64,000 bases of DNA from Coniocarpon cinnabarinum (taxonomy: Eukaryota). The stretch lies in NCBI GenBank assembly GCA_051942205.1, contig JAVECO010000014.1, positions 62,001-126,000 of the forward strand, read 5' to 3'. The translations under genes were made by a program, and so were the position numbers. Below the pieces are notes generated by a model. The model was given only the letters and a program-made list of their open reading frames with translations. It was not told where the DNA came from and did not search any database. Below, in pieces: positions 57,910 to 64,000 of the stretch (position 1 is the stretch's first letter; the number at the start of each line of letters is the position of its first letter).

Positions 57910-58346
57910 CTTTGAAAGTCTAGTTTCTTTCTGAGCTCGGGACAACTTTATCCTGTCTTCATCTGGAAGCCTGGCGACGGAGTGCCTAAAATGAGATACT
58001 TCACGATTCGCGATTGAAAAGCACGTGCAAGGGACTTCTAGGCAATCAGGCACGTGCTACCTGAGGGACTCTGGCTCAGGCATTATGGCACCTACAAGAA
58101 GTACGTTGATGTCTATATCATGCAAGATGCAAAGACAAGAAGATGCACAACTCAACGCAGCCTTGTCAGTGACTTCGAACGGGGAACAGCTCAGAAACTT
58201 CGCACAAATGCCGCTGTTTTATTGCGGACCAGTCTTCGACAAACTAGAATAATAGGGGTATCGTATCACTTTCTAAGATAGCCAGACGCCTTGCGAAGAT
58301 GCCTGACCGGTAATCATCAACCAAATTGTCGTTAATCATGCCCTTG

Positions 58347-61191
58347 CTATCGTCCCTGCTGCTGTTGACGAGCTTTCATCAATTCTATTCGCGCTTTGAG
58401 ATTCTGAGTCACCTCTGCAGCCCGCTTCCAGCTCTCCACACCACCTTCGACACCGGGATTGTGAGCCGCATCCGTGCTTCTTGGACCAGGATACGTAAGC
58501 CCTAGATTTCGCGCATCCGTGGCTGATGGTCGGCCGGCCGCAGCGCCCTGGCTGCTGCCTCTACTGGCTGCATAACCATTAGTTGTGCCTTTCGTAGAAC
58601 CAGGCGCTGTGCGACCCGAACTGAGAGGTCGCGCTGCATTGCCGCTGCGTCGTGGACTCGTACTGGAATTGCGATCGCCACTAGCGTTCGACCCTGCACG
58701 ATTCAGCGGCTTGCCATGTACAGAGGCATTCGGAGCAGCGTTCTCCTTACCTGCACTGTACGTTGGGCTCGTGACCGTGTGTCGATTGCTGAGCCCGCTG
58801 AAACCTTGAACACCGTTGACGTCAACGGTTTCCTCCTCAGCAAAAGCACCTCTTCCGGATGGGAAGTCGGATGTTCGCGGTGACACAGCTCGTCCCATCC
58901 GACCAAGCTCCCGCTTCAATCGTTCCACTTCTCTACCCAGGGATGATGATTGCTGTTCGGCTGATTCGGCGTCCGAACGTGCCCTCACGAGCTGAGTTTC
59001 TTTAGCCTTGATTGAGAGGGTGTCACGTGTGTGATCTTCAATGAGCTGAGCATTTTGATTTTCCAGCTCTTGTACTCGTGAGATGAACTTTAAATGCTCT
59101 GCACGAAGGCCTTCATTGGAATGTCGTAAACGTCCGACTTCCGCGCGAAGCTCATCAAGTTCTATCCGCTCTAATGAAGGCAAGGGCTGTGTTGTAGACG
59201 AAGGGTTTTGTGGTTGTTGCGAAGAATCGGAAGACGTGGGTTTCGTGAGTGTCCGACCTGCAAGACCTCGTGAGACTTTTGGGGCTGGAGTCTGCTCTTC
59301 GGATGGTGGTGGGGGAGAGGCGACAGTGCGGCGGGGAGATGTTGGAGCAGGGCCAGCGCTGCCAGTAATTCCCAGCTTTCGACCGCCAGGAGGTTTCAGA
59401 CCTCGTGGAGCAGACGCAGGAGCGCCTGGGCGTGCTATGCCCGAGCGAGCCGTCGGCTTTGGTTGTAGAGCTGGAGAAGACTCCTCTGTTGAGGCCGCTG
59501 GTTGTGCTGGTGGTGCCTTCTTAGCGGCCGCAGAGGCTGAAGGCGCGGACTTCTTGGGCGCTGCCTTCTTTTGCGACACCACAGGGGCCGCTTTAGGAGC
59601 TGAAGCGGCTGGCGCTGGCTTGTATTTGGCCTTGACCTCTGCGACATCTGCCGACTCTTTCACCTTTGCCTTTCTTATGTCATCCATATCATTCATGTGC
59701 ACATTCATGATGCGCTCGCCCATGATTTTCAATAACACGCCAAGTACCTCGCAGGCAGCATTTCTCTGAGTCTCTTGCGAGTCTGTAAGAAGCTTGTTTG
59801 TAGCGTCGGCGATCTGCTTGACCTCGGGAACAGTTGGAGCCTCTCTGGTGTTCTTGAGATTTCGAATGAGAAAATGCGTGGCGCCAAGCTTGATTTGGGG
59901 GTTCTTGTTTGCTAGAAATCCGAGTGCCTCTTCTAAGCAGTCTGAAAGGCTTGTTGATGAACAAACGGCATCGAGACCACCCGCCAGTGCATCTGTGACA
60001 GATTGTTTTCGCTCCTTCAAGCGCTCCATCATGGGGGTGAAGATAGTCGATCGGTATTTAGTGAAGCTTCGACGAAGGCCACGCGCGAGCAGCTCGACGC
60101 AATTCCCTGCCTCGGTGACGACCGCTATGTTAGCGTCTTTCATACACTTGGCTAAGCCACGGACGATGTCATCAAAGGGTCCATCTTCGATCGCAGGGAA
60201 ATTGATCGCGGTATGTAGGTCGTCTAATGCTTCTTTGCGGTCTTTCCACTTTGACGAAGCTAATCGTTCTGAAAAGTCTTTAGGAATCTTGGGGAAGACA
60301 TCAACTGCCATTATTTCAGGCTCAAAATGGACTTCTTCATCCGCAGGCTCGCCGTCAGCTCCGGCTTCTTCCTCGTTACTCGCCGGTCTGTCAGGCGCTT
60401 GCGCTGCTTGTTGTGATCGGAGTAGCCTTTCTGCCTTTGGCGCTGGCTCATCTTTGACCTTCTGGAATAGCTTCTCGAGATCAGCTTGCTGAACCGGCTT
60501 GAGCTCGTTCCAAAACATAGGCTTCATGCCTTCTCGCAGCCACCGGTAAAGCTCGACAGTGAGGTTTTGTGCTTCTGCGCGCACGTTTTTGTCCGCATGG
60601 CCAAATACTTTGGGCAGTGACTTGAGCACCGGCTTTGGATCCACGGTTTTACAGCCGAAGTTGTGGTAGATAGCGGAGAACGTGTTCAGTGTTGCAGCGA
60701 TGATCTTGGGGAGCTTGTGCGACAGCAGTGGAAGAAGCTCTTCAAGCACAGGATCTGGTTTGTCTAGCTCAACATATAGCAGAATACACTCCAAGGCTTT
60801 TTGCTTCGCGACAGGCTTTGACGATATTAATCCCTTCTCGGCCAGAGATGCAACTGTCGAGTTACGTGTCCTGGCGATAGTCAGCGGGAGAAAAAACAAG
60901 TAGGCCACCCTGGCAACCGGACCTTATGCAACCCTGTGTTCCAGCAATCTGCAAGAAAGATTGGAGAGCATTTAGAGCCTCTTGGTGGGCGGCTGCATTT
61001 GAGTCTGTCACAGCGCCTTTCCAAAGGCTAGAATCTGCAATGAATTGTCTGACAACTAGATCATTCTCGGTTTGAGCAGAGTCAAACTCTTTGGCCGCGG
61101 CTTCATATCCATCTTTCCGCGCTTTCCAGTTTTTGTGTGCGAAGCGATCTTGTAACGGCAGTGAACTAAAGTCTTCTTCCTGTTCGGCCAT
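58347..61191 (-). CDS. STU2: XMAP215-family microtubule polymerase (Stu2/Alp14/AlpA), 2 exons
   Basis: EEDFSSLPLQDRFAHKNWKARK (TOG1), LASSKWKDRKEAL (TOG2), basic linker, coiled coil, ESWKRAAEVTQNLKARIELMKAR. Confidence 0.95.
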
Positions 61192-62075
61192 GATATCCTT
61201 CATCCAGTGACTCAAGGGCTAGATGATAAATAGCGGAGTCGAACGAATTGCGAAAGAGCGTGCGATTTGAGTCGCGCAGGGGGTCGAGGCGCGAGGCACA
61301 ACATTCATCAAAAGATTAGCAGGCACAATTGACGTATTGGTCTTCAAGATTTTAGGTAAACATGGCGATTCCGAGACGCGCTGTTCTGACGATGTTGCGA
61401 CTTTGTCGTTGCTGTGCCAACTCTCCACCTTTTCCATACATGGAAATAATCGTATCTACCTACTGATACTTGCCGCGCCCTAAGTATCTTGAGCTATAAA
61501 GACCGCCGCTGCAGACCTTCAAGGCGTCGACAGCTTGCATCAAAAATACCGAATGCTCGGCATTACCTTGTATATCTTAAAGTGCGTTGCCTCTGCGAGC
61601 GTTCCGTGTTGTTCACCCATCGAGGTTTGCATGTCCCTGAAACGCCGTGGACGAACTCAGGTGTCGTGGGATCATTGTTAGAGGTGACAGTCCAGACCCA
61701 CCTACCTGTCTCAATGACCACGCCATTGGCACCTGGCCCTTTGTCAGATAACAATCTGGAGATCTTGTTTTTTTTTTGCATCGCTTTCATCCTTTGTCTT
61801 CTCCATTCATGTGCACAATAGACGTAGTGAAACCCATTGTCTGTTTCAGGTGCGCAAGCTCGTTAAAGGCTCAACACGATAAGATCATGTATTCTATCCT
61901 TAATCCTCTTCTTGCAAACTCTAGACATCCATTCCTGTTTTCTCATTCTATCGTTGTGTTCAGTGTCTTTCTTCTCGCTGTTCGGCTTCTGGTAAGCTTG
62001 GGCACTTAGCTTATTGAATTGTTACATTTCCTCTGTACGCCACTATAGAGATTATTCCCTCGTACTTCAGCCATC

Positions 62076-63041
62076 ATGGCAGCTTTGGCAAACAGTGTAC
62101 CTGTACCACCCAGAGTTGGACCACCGCATGGAGTTCCACTCGATCTCGTACATGAGTTATCTTTTCCACCTCAAGATATCCGTAACCCTCGAAATGGGCA
62201 ACGACTCAGTCTTTTCACACATGCAGAACAACTCAACATCATGAGCCATATCTCTGTGCCAACCGGAGCGGCAAAACATCGAATTCGAGCTTATGCCCCT
62301 CCGGACGAGAACCCATACTTACAATACTTACATCGCGTGCCCCTACATCTACGGAACTCCAATCCACAGCTTCCACCATACCGGGTTCGAGCCATCAATC
62401 GAAGAAACTGGATTATATTTCCAGATGCCCCGCGCGAGGCATTGCGCGTAGCTCGAGTTAACCAACACTTCTACGACCTCTGGTTGGAGAGCCTTCTCCA
62501 ACACGCGGACTTGGAATTTGAGACAATGCGATACCTTTACAATTTCTTGCGCCATTTGCAGTCGCGTGGAAGGAGGGACGGTAATGAAAACCGGTTTCTC
62601 GCACGTGTGGATTCTGTTGTGATCCGCAGAATGCGAGGCAAATATACGGCAGAAGCACTTGGCATGCTTGTGAAGTGCCGCAGCATCCGGCGCTTGCGGC
62701 TTTGTTATTGCGGATATTGTCTCGAATCTCGCACTGGGCCCGGAAGGAGCTGCAGCACGGCCCAGCTGCGAAAGTGGCAGACTCTTCGCTGGAGGAACAG
62801 ACAACAACACGGAGGTCCGCCACGATTGACGACGCTACTCCGTGGACTGAATCAAATTAATGCGCCAAACATGTTCTGCGACGCATGTGTGCATTACATA
62901 CGCAGCAACCCAAATGTCAATCACTTTGTTCCTGGAGCGCTGCCGATTACCGCCCGTGGCGTGGGCCCAACGGATCCATTCTTCACCACCTGGGTCAATA
63001 ACTTGAGTGTGGGAGAATTGGATCTAACTCAGGTACGATAA
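62076..63041 (+). CDS. Hypothetical basic protein (321 aa)
   Basis: ATG-initiated intronless ORF; ALRVARVNQHFY...LEFETMRYLYNFL loosely recalls fungal F-box-like/DUF7730-type proteins. Confidence 0.6.
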   Translation: MAALANSVPVPPRVGPPHGVPLDLVHELSFPPQDIRNPRNGQRLSLFTHAEQLNIMSHISVPTGAAKHRIRAYAPPDENPYLQYLHRVPLHLRNSNPQLPPYRVRAINRRNWIIFPDAPREALRVARVNQHFYDLWLESLLQHADLEFETMRYLYNFLRHLQSRGRRDGNENRFLARVDSVVIRRMRGKYTAEALGMLVKCRSIRRLRLCYCGYCLESRTGPGRSCSTAQLRKWQTLRWRNRQQHGGPPRLTTLLRGLNQINAPNMFCDACVHYIRSNPNVNHFVPGALPITARGVGPTDPFFTTWVNNLSVGELDLTQVR

Positions 63042-63119
63042 GTTATTGCTAAAGAGGAGGTCTTGAACTACCAACACAAACTCTTCATGACGCAGAGCTT
63101 TCTATCTAGCGACTGGACA

Positions 63120-63259
63120 CAGTGGGGTCAATAGTTAGGTCATGGTTAGCTTATGGTTCAGTATCGCGCTCAAATAAACTAATAAGAGCGAGAACTTAAC
63201 CAATACCCTAAAGGTAAACCATGACCGAACCAATAATAATCGAACTATTGACCACACTG
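63120..63259. mobile_element. hAT-type MITE, 140 bp, copy 2 of the family at 25246
   Basis: TIRs CAGTGGGGTCAATAGTT / AACTATTGACCACACTG; perfect 8-bp TSD ACTGGACA (63112-63119 and 63260-63267); shares internal ATAAGAGCGAGAAC with copy 1. Confidence 0.92.
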
Positions 63260-64000
63260 ACTGGACATCAATTGATGATGTCGTGATCAAGAGCAGTGGC
63301 ATAAAGCGCACGCAGAATGTAATTTGATATTTCCTTGGCCCTAGCATAGTTTCCTTGACGATTGTACACTTCATACTTATTTGTACTGTCATATACTCCA
63401 ATCATTCTCGTGTTCTTGATGTGATGTTACATGCCTGATCTTTGCTACGTCAAGCATTGTGCGCCTTTCTAGAAGGGGTCCGTAGGGTAGTCGTTGCCGT
63501 ACTATCATCTAGTGTCTTTTTGCTCACAAAGGCTTATCGCCGTTGTTCTCGTAGGTTTGCGACCTGAATTGTGCCTATCGTGCAGGTTCGTCGCTCAGAC
63601 TGAGATCCGGCAACGACTTATGTTCCGGGCCCTTGCTCGCGGTCATCAAATTTTATCATGTGGAGGTCATGACGGCCTTCAGTGTATGGATCATCATGTG
63701 ATGTCACTCCTGCGGGATGTTCACGCTGTCGGAAAATAAAAGTGTTTCCAGGACGTGGAGAATGTTTATATATTCCAGCCTTGGAACTCAGGCTTGACAA
63801 GCGCCTTAAGTATTGACGCCAGCTTCTAGGCCCAGCCATCCACTGGCGCACCACCGCGCCCGGAAATCGACCGGCAAGCAGCTCCACGGAAGCTCTCGAA
63901 TGCTTTATCCCCAACCTGCCCTCCGCTATCAGCTCGCACTCTAGCTCTACACAATCTGTAGAGCGGCTGCCTCCTTAAATTCAAGAACACTGCAAGTTCG

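Noticed and set aside
59083..60492. Long plus-strand ORFs (228 and 232 aa) antisense to STU2, and similar shadow ORFs elsewhere
   Set aside because: Antisense shadows of real coding sequence with no independent features
1..64000. CRISPR arrays, tRNA, rRNA, telomerase template, autonomous transposases
   Set aside because: None seen by eye in this eukaryotic window; no scan was run, so short RNA genes could be missed

Overview
Gene-dense, intron-containing nuclear DNA of a filamentous ascomycete (GT-AG introns with CTRAC-type branch points; the species cannot be named from sequence alone). Most of the window is conserved housekeeping genes: QCR6, a Dsc2-like gene, ERG27, a G-patch TFIP11/Spp382 gene, a Cnn_1N (CM1) protein, NMT1, a SET methyltransferase, nudC, LYS12, an F-box gene, MRPS8, a GH35 beta-galactosidase, KGD1, nudF/PAC1, TFB1 and STU2/alp14. 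An accessory island of about 11.5 kb (~24.6-36.4 kb) interrupts this block. It starts with an hAT-type MITE and carries a compact candidate terpenoid cluster: an EthD-domain protein, an intact 7-exon cytochrome P450 divergently paired with a UbiA-type (Fma-TC-like) terpene cyclase/prenyltransferase, a Pth11/Sat4-like membrane protein, a possible kinase-like relic and an SDR. A second copy of the MITE family, with a perfect 8-bp TSD, lies at 63.1 kb. Two non-coding stretches fold by eye into GU-containing helices on the minus strand and are candidate ncRNAs: a 307-nt SET-gene intron and the KGD1-nudF spacer. All exon models, family calls and RNA folds were made by hand from motif recall; no database search or folding program was run.
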